Origin: an uncultured Thermoplasmata archaeon
GTDB taxonomy: Archaea > Thermoplasmatota > Thermoplasmata > RBG-16-68-12
Reading direction: 5' to 3'
Assembly: GCA_963768855.1 (NCBI GenBank)
Contig: CAVYJM010000011.1
Span: 224,001-288,000, forward strand
DNA length: 64,000 nucleotides
The position numbers and the translations under genes are program-made. Under the pieces are notes generated by a model. It did not search any database. It had not been told where the DNA came from and saw only the letters and a program-made list of their open reading frames with translations. Shown here piece after piece: positions 18,438 to 27,954 of this stretch. How positions within the stretch are numbered: the stretch's first letter is position 1; every line of letters begins with the position of its first letter.

Positions 18438-19283
18438 TTACGCTCCAGCACTTCCAGAAGTCACTACCGAGGTTGGCCGCAGCTTCGCTGCCAGGAGATC
18501 AATTGCGTCATCCAGGGACATTGGAAGGTCTTCAACTGGATGGCCAAGCTGGCGAAGCAACCGATACACGCGGCCGATGGTCGGCACCTCCAGCTTCGCC
18601 TTCGCCATCAGATCGTCCCTCGTCATCACCTCGCGCGGGTCACCTTCGGCGACCTTCGTCACGTCAAGCACCACGAGTCGATCCACGAATCCAACCAAGT
18701 CCTCCACGTGGTGGGTCGTGATCAGCATCGTCGTCGACATTCCAGAAATCTTCTTGAGGAGTTCGCATCGGGTGGGATAGTCCAGCCCCGTCGTGGGCTC
18801 GTCGAGGAGGAGGATCTCCGGACTCATCGCCAGAACACCGGCCACGGCCACGCGCTTCTTCTGGCCATAGCTCAGCCGGTGCGGCGCCCTGTCCTCGAGA
18901 TCCTTGATGCGTAGTTCGAGCAGAGATCGGTCGACGGCCTCACGGACTTGGTCAGGAGACCACCGAAGGTTTTTGGGTCCGAAGGCGACGTCGTCCCAGA
19001 CGCGCGGCATGAAGACTTGGTCATCCGGGTCTTGGAAGACGAGGCCAAGATGCTTCCGAATCGTCCGCGCGGTCTCCTTGGTAAGGGCTTGTCCGAGGAC
19101 TTCTACCTGTCCGCGGAACGGAAAGCGGAATCCCGCGATCAGCTCGAGGAGCGTTGATTTTCCCGCGCCATTGGCACCCACCAGGGCCACCTTTTCGCCC
19201 TGTTCCACTCTCAGATCGAGCGCTTCCAAGGCGGTGACTCCGTCGGGATAGCTGTACGTCAGCCCGCGGGTCTCTAGGGCAAT
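18438..19283 (-). CDS. nikO: ECF transporter ATPase NikO/CbiO
   Basis: GANGAGKST, LVFQDPDDQ, LSYGQKKR, LLLDEPTTGLD. Start uncertain (ORF track extension is shadow of nikQ). Confidence 0.85.
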   Translation of the reverse strand: MALETRGLTYSYPDGVTALEALDLRVEQGEKVALVGANGAGKSTLLELIAGFRFPFRGQVEVLGQALTKETARTIRKHLGLVFQDPDDQVFMPRVWDDVAFGPKNLRWSPDQVREAVDRSLLELRIKDLEDRAPHRLSYGQKKRVAVAGVLAMSPEILLLDEPTTGLDYPTRCELLKKISGMSTTMLITTHHVEDLVGFVDRLVVLDVTKVAEGDPREVMTRDDLMAKAKLEVPTIGRVYRLLRQLGHPVEDLPMSLDDAIDLLAAKLRPTSVVTSGSAGA

Positions 19284-20047
19284 CGCGGCACCACCCCCAA
19301 CGTGGCAGCGAGGAGCCACCCCGACACGACGAAGACGGGCACGAAGAATGCGACGTCGCGGGCCCCGACGTGATGACTGCCCTCCACGGGGAGATCCCCC
19401 GAGTACTGGCGGCTGAGCATCGCGCGGAACAGCGCCTGCGATCGGGCGTGGGCCCGCACGAGGAGCATGCCCGCGTTGTACGAGTACATGCGGAGAACCT
19501 CGCGAGGGAAGAAGCTTCTCTTGGGTTCGAATCCGCGGGCCGCCCTCGCACGCTCCATGGTCTCCGCCTCGTCCCGGAACAGGAAGAAGTAGCGATAGGT
19601 CAGGAGGAGGGTGTTCGTGAGCAGCTTCGGCAGGCCCAATCGGCGCAATGCATAGGCGAGTTCCGTGGAGGTCGACGTGAGCGCCATCGCCAGGAAGAAC
19701 GTCGTCGCGGTCAAGATTCGGAGGAACAGGATGAGGGCTGCGGGCGGACCGCGGAACACACCAACGGAAAGGGAGGCGAAGGCGGCGAGGAGGACGACGG
19801 ATGCGACGGGCCTCCGGATGTGGGACCAGCGGAGGCCACTGACGAGCATCGCGACGACGGCGACGCCGAGGGCAACGAGGACCATCACGAGATCGGTGAG
19901 GAAGGAAACCGCGATGGCGAAGGTAATCGCCGCGAGGATCTTCAGAGTCGGGTTGAGCGTGTGGCACCGGCAACCCGCGGCGACCTCGTCCGGGTCGCTC
20001 ACCTGGAGGTTATGGCCCACGAGGAGCGTGAGGAGAAGGGGATCCAT
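19274..20047 (-). CDS. nikQ: ECF T component NikQ/CbiQ
   Basis: HTLNPTLKI, LTYRYFFLFRDEAETMERARAARG, RAHARSQALFRAMLSRQY. Confidence 0.85.
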   Translation of the reverse strand: MDPLLLTLLVGHNLQVSDPDEVAAGCRCHTLNPTLKILAAITFAIAVSFLTDLVMVLVALGVAVVAMLVSGLRWSHIRRPVASVVLLAAFASLSVGVFRGPPAALILFLRILTATTFFLAMALTSTSTELAYALRRLGLPKLLTNTLLLTYRYFFLFRDEAETMERARAARGFEPKRSFFPREVLRMYSYNAGMLLVRAHARSQALFRAMLSRQYSGDLPVEGSHHVGARDVAFFVPVFVVSGWLLAATLGVVPRLP

Positions 20048-20324
20048 GCTTGTTCCGCCGAACGCGAACGACGCGCAGAAGGCCGTACACCAAGAGGAGA
20101 ATCAATCCGAATCCGATGAGTCCGAAGAGGAACGTCTCGAAGGGGTTCGTTCCATAGGACAGGGGTGGCGTCCAGATGGGGTTGGGTGTGGGGTTCCCCC
20201 CGCCCTGGGACACGGACTGCTGCAGGCCGTCGTTCTTGCCGTAGGAAAAGTAGTAGAAGGCGGGGATGGCCACGGCGAAGGCTACGACGAGCACGACAAG
20301 GGCCTTGACGTACCGCCGTTTCAT
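20010..20324 (-). CDS. NikN/CbiN-like auxiliary membrane subunit (PDGLE-like)
   Basis: Two TM helices around NDGLQQ loop; position between M and Q. Confidence 0.65.
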   Translation of the reverse strand: MKRRYVKALVVLVVAFAVAIPAFYYFSYGKNDGLQQSVSQGGGNPTPNPIWTPPLSYGTNPFETFLFGLIGFGLILLLVYGLLRVVRVRRNKHGSPSPHAPRGP

Positions 20325-20983
20325 TCCGGCGCCCCCACGAAACGGATCTTCTTCGTCGCAATCACGTCCGGCGCGACCCGGTGCAGGTACGTGAGGATGC
20401 CCACAGTGATAACGGCCTCGCCGACTCCAATGAACGCGTGGTACAGCGCCATCGACGAGATCGCGACGATCGGAGGGATGCCATACGTGCCGTCGCTCAG
20501 TACGTAGCTCGCCCCGAGTTCCACGCCCGCCAGGACGGCCCCGAGGAAGACCGAGGCCCACGAAGCGAGGAGGACCGCCCAGGTCTCGTTCCGGCGCCTC
20601 AGTCCGCGGTAGGTGATCCATGCCACGAGGGATGCGACGACGCCCATGTTCAGGATGTTCAGGCCGAGCGCGAGGACGCCGCCGTCCCCGAACAGGAATG
20701 CCTCGATGATTAGGATCACGGTGAAGATGACGACGGAGGTTGCCGGTCCGAGCAGGATCACCGCCAGGGCCGCCCCTACGAGGTGGCCCGTGGTGCCTCC
20801 GATGATCGGGAAGTTGAGCATCTGGGACACGAAGATGCCCGCGGCGAGGAGCGCGATGAGAGGCATCTGCTCCTCCTCGACGAAACGGCCCACCTTGCGG
20901 ACCGCGAGTCCGACGGCGACGAGGGCGACGGCCCAGCCCGCAGCGAGGACCACCGGAGTCATCATTCCGTCCGGGATGTGCAT
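20321..20983 (-). CDS. nikM: ECF S component NikM/CbiM
   Basis: MHIPDG N-terminal metal-binding signature; QMLNFP, GGTTGHLVG, GEAVIT. Confidence 0.9.
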   Translation of the reverse strand: MHIPDGMMTPVVLAAGWAVALVAVGLAVRKVGRFVEEEQMPLIALLAAGIFVSQMLNFPIIGGTTGHLVGAALAVILLGPATSVVIFTVILIIEAFLFGDGGVLALGLNILNMGVVASLVAWITYRGLRRRNETWAVLLASWASVFLGAVLAGVELGASYVLSDGTYGIPPIVAISSMALYHAFIGVGEAVITVGILTYLHRVAPDVIATKKIRFVGAPE

Positions 20984-21005
20984 GAGAAGTGCCTCCCTAG
21001 GCGTA

Positions 21006-21032
21006 GTGTTACGCCTGGAACTGGAGTGTCAC
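21006..21032. promoter_or_regulatory. NikR operator candidate GTGTTAC-N13-GTGTCAC
   Basis: Between the nikM start and its minus-strand TATA-like element (about 21047-21054); half-site spacing fits NikR-type operators. Confidence 0.55.
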
Positions 21033-21160
21033 CCATGACCCCCAGCATATATAACGATTTGTCCGCGGTCGAGGCCTTTCTCGAGTCGGACTCCGCACCC
21101 GGTGCGAGGCCGATCACCGTGGATGAAGCGGGGTCCCCAGGAAAGTACGATCATCCATGA

Positions 21161-21568
21161 CTACCGGAGTCCCGGCGAAGTCATCACGGTCTCACAGAAC
21201 AGCACGCCCTTCACCGTCCGGATCCGGTCGCCCAGCGCAGCGATCTCATCGGAACGACCGTCCACGAGTAACACCTCGAGGCAGCTCTCCTCGCCCAAGT
21301 GGATGTGGGCGGTCCCGCGGATGACATCCAGGAAGTCGTGCTGCCGGTGGAGGATCCGGTGGGTCACCATGCCGACGTCGTGCCGGTACAGAATCGTCAC
21401 GGTGCCGACGGCCTTCCCCCCGGCTTGCACACGGCGGTGGGCGAGGGATCTGCGGATTAACTCCCGGAGAGCTTCGGAACGGCTCGCGAAGCCTTCTTCC
21501 TTGCGCAGTCGGTCGAACTCAGCCAGGAGAGGCCCTTCCAACGAAACACCAATGCGCGCGACGGGCAT
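21161..21568 (-). CDS. nikR: Nickel-responsive regulator NikR
   Basis: RIGVSL...SRSEALRELIR RHH domain; RQH, HIHLGEESCLEV nickel ligands. Confidence 0.92.
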   Translation of the reverse strand: MPVARIGVSLEGPLLAEFDRLRKEEGFASRSEALRELIRRSLAHRRVQAGGKAVGTVTILYRHDVGMVTHRILHRQHDFLDVIRGTAHIHLGEESCLEVLLVDGRSDEIAALGDRIRTVKGVLFCETVMTSPGLR

Positions 21569-22386
21569 GCTAAGCTCCCAACACGGGTAGGCGATCTGGG
21601 AGACTTAAGGGGAACGGCGCCCCACACGCCACGCTTTGCGAACTATGCTTGAAGCGGCGGGCAACAGAGGCCCGTTGGCCCAACGCTTGTCCTCTCAACA
21701 ATTCCAGTTCGAACTCGGCAGGATACGAATCCCTGGTATTCCTCCGCTGCGAATAACAGCCCTCTATTTGGACCAAGCTCGGTCTCGAATGTTCCCCTCC
21801 TTGCAGATGCTGGTTCTCGGTGCTAGGATAATCGGCACAGTCCCCATTGGTCAGTGGATCCCGGATGTCCACCGTTTCGGTTCCGGTCTTAGAGTGTCAT
21901 CCATCCTGAATTCCTCACGGCCGAACGCCCCCGGGAGCGGATCCTCACGGGCGCGAATCTAGCCGAGCCTACATCCGTCAACCCTCTATGGGCCGACTGG
22001 CATGGGAAGGGTCCTCCCATGGGGGCCAAGGACAAAAGGCCCGCGAAAAGACGCTCTCCCCGGATGTCCAAGGTGGGTTAGTCACCCGAACATGACGTCC
22101 CGTCTAGTTGGGCCATAGATGTGTCAGGGGTCGGCCAGCCGGGGCGGCAATTAGCCACCCGAGCCGCCAGCGAGTTCTGGCGCACACACGCCATTGTTCC
22201 TCGGGAGCCTTCGCAGGACCACTAGAAATGGGATTCCAGCGCGGTCAGGCCTTGCGGGCGCCTATCCCGCAGTCGGGTCCCGGAACGCCTAGGAACCCAA
22301 CCGCTGCGTGGCTACGGGCCAACGCCGGTGTCATGCCCAGGTTAGGTCAGGGCTTCGGTCTTCACAAGGCGGTCGTACCTACGCCG

Positions 22387-25314
22387 TTAGTCCCGGCTCA
22401 TTATGGCTCGCAGCGATTCAATCCTGGCCGCGAGGCGATCACAGAGCTCACCAACCCGAAGCTCCTCGGCGGAGGAGCCGATCGCCTTCGCCACGACAGT
22501 ATCGATTGCTGTCCGACCTTCAAAGTGGTTCTTGAGTTGTTCAAGGAGCGGAGGGAACGGAACCGACTTCCAGCGGTTATAGACGGTGAGGAGCTCGCGC
22601 TTCGCATCGTCGGACAAGGCTTTCGGGTTGAGCACCTGGAGCCCGACCAGGGTGTCCCGGAGCCACCCCATCCAAGATCCACGTACCTCCGTCCGGTTGT
22701 CCATGAGTTGTGCAAGGTGCAGGGTCGAATTCCACCAGAGTGCGAGGAGTCGCGCATCTTCAATCGAGCCCGTCTTTATCGACCAGAAACTCCAAGTCGG
22801 CGGTATTGGCACTGGAGATACGACCCCGAGGAAGTGGGTGCCTGGAGCTGCTAGGTCCACGTTGTTACGGCCTGCAGCAACGAGGTAGGCCTCCCGGCTC
22901 TCTAGGTGCGGCAGGCGTTTTTCAAGGATTGCGTCCGGTTTCGGATCATCCCAGAATGGTTCGTCTCCGTCAAAACGACCAATCACGATGTAATCCGGCG
23001 GGTCAAGGATTTCAAGTGTCTCCATCCCGGCAGCGGAGCGGATGGAGGGGCGGAGCACTGCCTTCGGAATCATGACCCTCGCTCCCGAACTGAGGCTGAC
23101 CGCTTCGAACTTGTCGCCCAAGTCGTTCTCGATGCGCCAGTTCATTATTACGTCAGCTGTGCGCGGCCTAGAGACTACGGTGTTCTTTACATCCACCCGG
23201 TCACTGTGTTTGTGGAATCGTATCCCCTGAACCACGCGAACGGCTACCTCCGCAAGAGGTGCAAGCGCGGGGGACGAGGGGAGTGTGTAGCTTCCAGAAA
23301 CTCGCTCCGGGAGGAGTCTATGCCAGTCTCTTGAAATGCGGAGAGCTTCCTGAGTTGTGGTTGACACGCGCAGCTTCATCTGCTCGGCGCTATCCCGGAA
23401 CGACTTCGATACCTGGCCGGCATGAGTAATGGCCTTGAGCAGGTTCGCAAGCGCATCAGCGTTTGCGTCCGTAATCATCTCCTGCACCGTTGCGATAACA
23501 CACGGTTGATCGGCTGTGCCGGGCCTCTTCTTCGAGGCGACGAGTAGTATTTCCCTGAAGGATGTACTCTCACTGAACGCGGAACGATAACCAGATTCAA
23601 TGACATATTCCACGTTGTATCGCTCGGAGAGCAGACGCCTCACGCCTTCAGAACTCAGTTGCTGCAGAACGGTGGAAGGCAATACCATCGCCATCCGTCC
23701 GCCATCGTTCAGAAATCTGTCCGCCAAGAAGACAAAGTAGCCGAAGAAGTTCTGTTCCCTGCTCGTATATCCGGCGTAGTCCTCAAATTCAGCCGTCAGT
23801 ATCTTGCGGAACTCCTTCTTGACATGCTGCTTCCGTGTAAATGGCGGGTTCATGATGACAACGTCGACGGGTCGTGCATCGAATCCCTTCCCTGCGCCAG
23901 CACCCGACACCGCACCAGCACGTATCTTGCGGTTCTCCGATTCACCCTCTGTAAAGTCTCGAATGGATGCCTGTCCTCGTGGCATCTCCCGCTGCAGTGA
24001 TCGAATCGCGGTGCCTGGTTTGAGGTTGGTCGAGTCGTACACGGCGACCCGGACCTTGTCGGTGAGATAGCCTGGGTTCCTCAGTGCGAGTTGAACCACC
24101 GCAAGGTGAGCCGCGAACGGCATGATGTCGATACCGGTTAGGTCTTCCTCCAAGAATCGCCGGTGAGTCTCCTCGTCCATCGGTTTGCCCAGGAGTTCCG
24201 CCTTGCGCTCGTAGGCTGCCATGAGCAAAGTGCCGGAGCCACAGGCGAAGTCAGCCACGCTGTCGGCGGAGGATTCGATTGCCAGCTTCGCAAGCAGGCG
24301 TCCGGCCATAGGATTTGTGTAGTATGCCGCGACGGGCTTCCGAACCTCCAGGGGAATCAGGGAGTGGAACATATTCCCGAGCAGATCACGGGTGAACTGC
24401 TCCGGCTGGAGTTCGGAGATGATTCGGACCATGTCCCGGATGTACTCAATTGCCTCCTGAGGAAAGAGGGACGCCACATCAAAGTCGAAGACCGCTTGGT
24501 AATCGTCCTTCAAAACTAGGTCGAAGTAGCTCTCCTTCAGGTCCGCAGGCCGCTGTAACGTCTCAGGCTTGATGGTGGGATACCCACGTTGTTCGAGGAT
24601 CCGATAGAAGACCATCTGATTGACCACCAGGTACGCTGCTGCACGGCGGGCGGTCTCCAATTCCCCTTTGTCTCGGGGCATTGTGGCGATGATGTGCTCA
24701 AATAGCGTTGGGAATTCGCCGTGGGCAGGAAGGAGGTCTGTGAGGTCACGGAAACTCATGTCACGCATCAACTGTACGAACTCGTTAGGGTCGGGCGGTT
24801 TCGGCTTTTCCATGGCCTCTTTGAGCCACTGAGGCAATTGCTCAAGCTGACCCCGAAAGAGGCTGGTGGGCCTCCCCTTGATCTTCAGCATCCCCCGGTA
24901 CTCAACGCCGCGCAGGAGGACCGCAGGGGACACTCGGTCGATTCGTCCTTGCCGTATCCGCGCTCTCAACGACTCAGGGTATCCGATCAGGAAGTAGCCT
25001 GAAGCACCCGAGATGTCGCCGAACCCAATCGCCTGGTTGTACCCGTCCACGTACTTCGAGTCCCACTCCCCTTCGCCGTAGAGGATCGCTCCGTTTCTCA
25101 ACTCGAAGTCGGGCTTGGTGCGTCTGTGCCCACGCAAACTTGATCGCGCACTGACTTGCGTGGTGATGCTCAGTTGCTGGTCCCGGAGGAACGAGGCCAT
25201 GAGGTCGTTGACTGTGTCCTCTGTGACCTCGGGCACGGCGCTGGAAGAGGTTTCGGTACTTAAGAACAACTCGCTTCCAATCGACTGGAAGAACACCTGG
25301 ATTCGGGCGTTCAT
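22387..25314 (-). CDS. Fused restriction endonuclease-N6 adenine methyltransferase (type IIG-like)
   Basis: N-terminal KPDF...YGEGE nuclease-like motif; DFACGSGT (motif I) before MNPPF (motif IV); long C-terminal TRD-like region. Confidence 0.82.
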   Translation of the reverse strand: MNARIQVFFQSIGSELFLSTETSSSAVPEVTEDTVNDLMASFLRDQQLSITTQVSARSSLRGHRRTKPDFELRNGAILYGEGEWDSKYVDGYNQAIGFGDISGASGYFLIGYPESLRARIRQGRIDRVSPAVLLRGVEYRGMLKIKGRPTSLFRGQLEQLPQWLKEAMEKPKPPDPNEFVQLMRDMSFRDLTDLLPAHGEFPTLFEHIIATMPRDKGELETARRAAAYLVVNQMVFYRILEQRGYPTIKPETLQRPADLKESYFDLVLKDDYQAVFDFDVASLFPQEAIEYIRDMVRIISELQPEQFTRDLLGNMFHSLIPLEVRKPVAAYYTNPMAGRLLAKLAIESSADSVADFACGSGTLLMAAYERKAELLGKPMDEETHRRFLEEDLTGIDIMPFAAHLAVVQLALRNPGYLTDKVRVAVYDSTNLKPGTAIRSLQREMPRGQASIRDFTEGESENRKIRAGAVSGAGAGKGFDARPVDVVIMNPPFTRKQHVKKEFRKILTAEFEDYAGYTSREQNFFGYFVFLADRFLNDGGRMAMVLPSTVLQQLSSEGVRRLLSERYNVEYVIESGYRSAFSESTSFREILLVASKKRPGTADQPCVIATVQEMITDANADALANLLKAITHAGQVSKSFRDSAEQMKLRVSTTTQEALRISRDWHRLLPERVSGSYTLPSSPALAPLAEVAVRVVQGIRFHKHSDRVDVKNTVVSRPRTADVIMNWRIENDLGDKFEAVSLSSGARVMIPKAVLRPSIRSAAGMETLEILDPPDYIVIGRFDGDEPFWDDPKPDAILEKRLPHLESREAYLVAAGRNNVDLAAPGTHFLGVVSPVPIPPTWSFWSIKTGSIEDARLLALWWNSTLHLAQLMDNRTEVRGSWMGWLRDTLVGLQVLNPKALSDDAKRELLTVYNRWKSVPFPPLLEQLKNHFEGRTAIDTVVAKAIGSSAEELRVGELCDRLAARIESLRAIMSRD

Positions 25315-25414
25315 GAGAGGTTCATTGAGGAGGTGTCGGTGGACTATTCCGAATACAATTAGGCTACAAGCAATTCATCCTGGGCCATAATCGGCACTTG
25401 CCAGAGCCTCGCGG

Positions 25415-26122
25415 TCACGGCGGTGCTGCCGTGGGGCACAACATCGGCTTGTGCCGATGTCCCACTGCTCCGGACACCAAGTTGCCCTTGGAATCGAGAG
25501 TCGCATCGAACGCTTCCACGCAGCGCTGGCACTCCTCGATAAGGAATTCACCCATGGTCATCATGTTCACCTCGTTGTAGCGATAGTTGACCGTTGCCAG
25601 CCATTGATTTCGCTTCGCGTTCGAAAGGTCGTGGGTCAAGAATAGCATGCAGTCGTGTTGTGACTCGTACAGCTCAACAGACTGGTTAACGATTTCCTCA
25701 GGGGTCTTGCCGCACTTGATGTGTCTATAGGCCGGCGTCGCGTGGAACATGTTGTTCCGAACATCTTGGATCATCCGCAGCACGTGGACCGCCTGATGCC
25801 CGCGATGGCATGGAACTATGAAGTCAGGAGTGGCCGTGACCACTGTCTGCATGGACGCCGTGTGAAGAACCTTCGCCGTGTACCTCTCAAGGGCCGCCTT
25901 CACCAAGCCTATCGAGCTTACCGTGACAGCCCTCAGCGCCGCGCTTCGAAGGTCTTTCATGTCGGCGAACGGTGAGGCCTTTCCCGACGCTTTCGCACCT
26001 GCAAGGGAAGCGGTGAGTTCCTGGTCATGATCCTTGAGATACGCAATAGCGAAGTCCACGATGTTAGCTTCAATGACTTCCCTCTTCAACTCATCGAGTG
26101 CCACTGTCACAGGCATCACCAT
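25415..26122 (-). CDS. HEPN-like protein (putative RNase)
   Basis: Helical protein with RNNMFH (Rx4H) and upstream ALERY; overlaps the UDG-like gene. Confidence 0.5.
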   Translation of the reverse strand: MVMPVTVALDELKREVIEANIVDFAIAYLKDHDQELTASLAGAKASGKASPFADMKDLRSAALRAVTVSSIGLVKAALERYTAKVLHTASMQTVVTATPDFIVPCHRGHQAVHVLRMIQDVRNNMFHATPAYRHIKCGKTPEEIVNQSVELYESQHDCMLFLTHDLSNAKRNQWLATVNYRYNEVNMMTMGEFLIEECQRCVEAFDATLDSKGNLVSGAVGHRHKPMLCPTAAPP

Positions 26123-26966
26123 GCGCCTGCTCTTCAGCTCTAAGGCCGAGAAGGAGCCGGGCGAGGGACGCCACGATGCTTTCGGAGGAGCCGCCCCGGC
26201 GGTATGTTGGATGAACCACGGTGACAATCGTAGTGACCCCTTCGGAGCCACGGCTCCGATACAAGGCGGCAAACTTGTCTTCCGACTCCGCCATCTTCTC
26301 CGGGCTGGCGAGGGGCAGGTGCTCCAGGCCACTTTTCCCAAGCAGCAGCAGCCACTTGGGCTTGAGTATTCCCAGCTCGTGTTTCAAATATCGCTGCGGA
26401 CACAAGTGTTGCATGTTGTTTGTCGGCTCGGATTCGGGCCAATCCGGCGAGCACTTGACCATTTCCAGGAACGCCACCGACTCAAGAGTTTGTGCGAGGG
26501 TATCGGGGCTATCGAGCAGCCTTTGGCCCCCAACGAATACTTCATCGTCACGAAGCTCCCAATCATCCCGAACGACCAGCGCTGCGTAACACGCAAATCG
26601 GTGCCAGAAGACCGAGCCACTGTAGTCCTGGGGGTCATTTCCGAAGCGCGTTTTCTTCGCACCCGAAGCCAAGATGTATTGTGCGTGGAGAGTGAGTTCG
26701 AGGATTGCGGACAAGCCTCCGTCATGATTCAGGTTCAGACCCAAGGCGACCAGGCGCCTTGCGCTTGATTCGTAATCAGGTCCGATGTATGGGATTTGGA
26801 TTTTGTTCCAATCCGCTTTTCCATCGCTCCTTCCGTTCCAACATTGGAACCTGTCGGGGCAGGACTCGTGGAGAAGCAGCTCGTCCAGCTTCTGACCCGA
26901 ATCGTCGAGGACACCGTTCCGCTTGTACAGTCTTAGGAGCTCGGTGAACCTAGCCTCAGTCGGCAA
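26091..26966 (-). CDS. Uracil-DNA glycosylase superfamily protein
   Basis: PYIG..Y...LVALGLN, FLEMVKCSP, ELGILKPKWLLLLGK, VVHPT; TTG start. Confidence 0.65.
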   Translation of the reverse strand: MPTEARFTELLRLYKRNGVLDDSGQKLDELLLHESCPDRFQCWNGRSDGKADWNKIQIPYIGPDYESSARRLVALGLNLNHDGGLSAILELTLHAQYILASGAKKTRFGNDPQDYSGSVFWHRFACYAALVVRDDWELRDDEVFVGGQRLLDSPDTLAQTLESVAFLEMVKCSPDWPESEPTNNMQHLCPQRYLKHELGILKPKWLLLLGKSGLEHLPLASPEKMAESEDKFAALYRSRGSEGVTTIVTVVHPTYRRGGSSESIVASLARLLLGLRAEEQAHGDACDSGTR

Positions 26967-27211
26967 CGATTCTGACAGTGATCGCTCGCCCGATAAGGGT
27001 TCCGGGACCGGGTTGAACGGCTAACGATGCGTGGGGTTCTGTGGTGGAGGCGGGCCGGAGAGAGCCGCCGGCGCGTGTCGGGGGCAAAACGGAACAAGCA
27101 GCTATAATCCTTTAAGTACACAAATGGCCAATGTGGAGCAGCCGAGCTGTGGGCGGCGGAGGGATTGCGGTAGCCTGCGCGTCGCCGACTAGATAGGGTC
27201 AGTTGATAGAC

Positions 27212-27667
27212 ATGGGTTCGAGAAGTGGAGGGGACTTCGGGAAGTTCGCGGGGGCGCATGAGTCGAGCGCCGTTAGCACCGCGATTCAAGAAGTCGAAAC
27301 CACTCTATCCGACAACAAGTCTGCAAGGATTATCGTTGGTACCGCAATCGATGTCTTGGCGCTGTCCAACCCCGCGATTGGAACTCTTGTGGCCACCTAC
27401 AAAGTGTCGAAAGTGATCTACCAGATTGCATCCAAGGCCAGCGACGCGTACAGTGAAACTCGCGACGCGAACACGGCAATCAAGGCCGCGGCTGGCGAGG
27501 TGCTCCACATAGGTGTTGGAGCGACGAGGGACCAGGCCGTCGGCGGCCTGGTCGACGTCGGGTGGACAGTCATGAAAGCGTCAGCAGGCATCTCCACGAA
27601 CGAGATGGAGGACAGAATACTCACGAGCGCTGCGAAGAACACATTGTCGGAGGTGTTGCCAAAGTGA
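27212..27667 (+). CDS. Hypothetical protein with N-terminal MGSRSGG (QatB-like candidate)
   Basis: 151 aa helical Ala/Gly/Thr-rich protein; first gene of the QueC-like operon; TATA-like TTTAAGTA at 27111-27118. Confidence 0.55.
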   Translation: MGSRSGGDFGKFAGAHESSAVSTAIQEVETTLSDNKSARIIVGTAIDVLALSNPAIGTLVATYKVSKVIYQIASKASDAYSETRDANTAIKAAAGEVLHIGVGATRDQAVGGLVDVGWTVMKASAGISTNEMEDRILTSAAKNTLSEVLPK

Positions 27668-27954
27668 GCGAGGAGGAAATCGAGCGCATAATGGCGGCAA
27701 ACTATGCCAACGTCTTTAGAGAGATGCTCCTCGCGAGTTTCAAGACCAACCCGGAAGTGAGTCCGGACTACCTTGCTCAGTCGATCAAGAAACAACGGGA
27801 GGTCGAGAAAGAGATATCGCGGCTCTCCAGTGAGATGGCCAAGGCACTTGTACTGAAACTCAAGACTGAGGGCTACCTCACCAAAGAACCACCGGAACCG
27901 AAGCTGACATCGCTGATCAAGGAAACGCTCGCTGAATTCAGGGTGGAACAATGA
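27664..27954 (+). CDS. Small helical hypothetical protein (96 aa)
   Basis: GTG overlaps the previous TGA and its TGA overlaps the next ATG (translational coupling). Confidence 0.55.
   Translation: MSEEEIERIMAANYANVFREMLLASFKTNPEVSPDYLAQSIKKQREVEKEISRLSSEMAKALVLKLKTEGYLTKEPPEPKLTSLIKETLAEFRVEQ

Noticed and set aside
21600-22380. ORFs between nikR and the RM gene
   Set aside because: No coherent coding signal on either strand; possibly decayed sequence.
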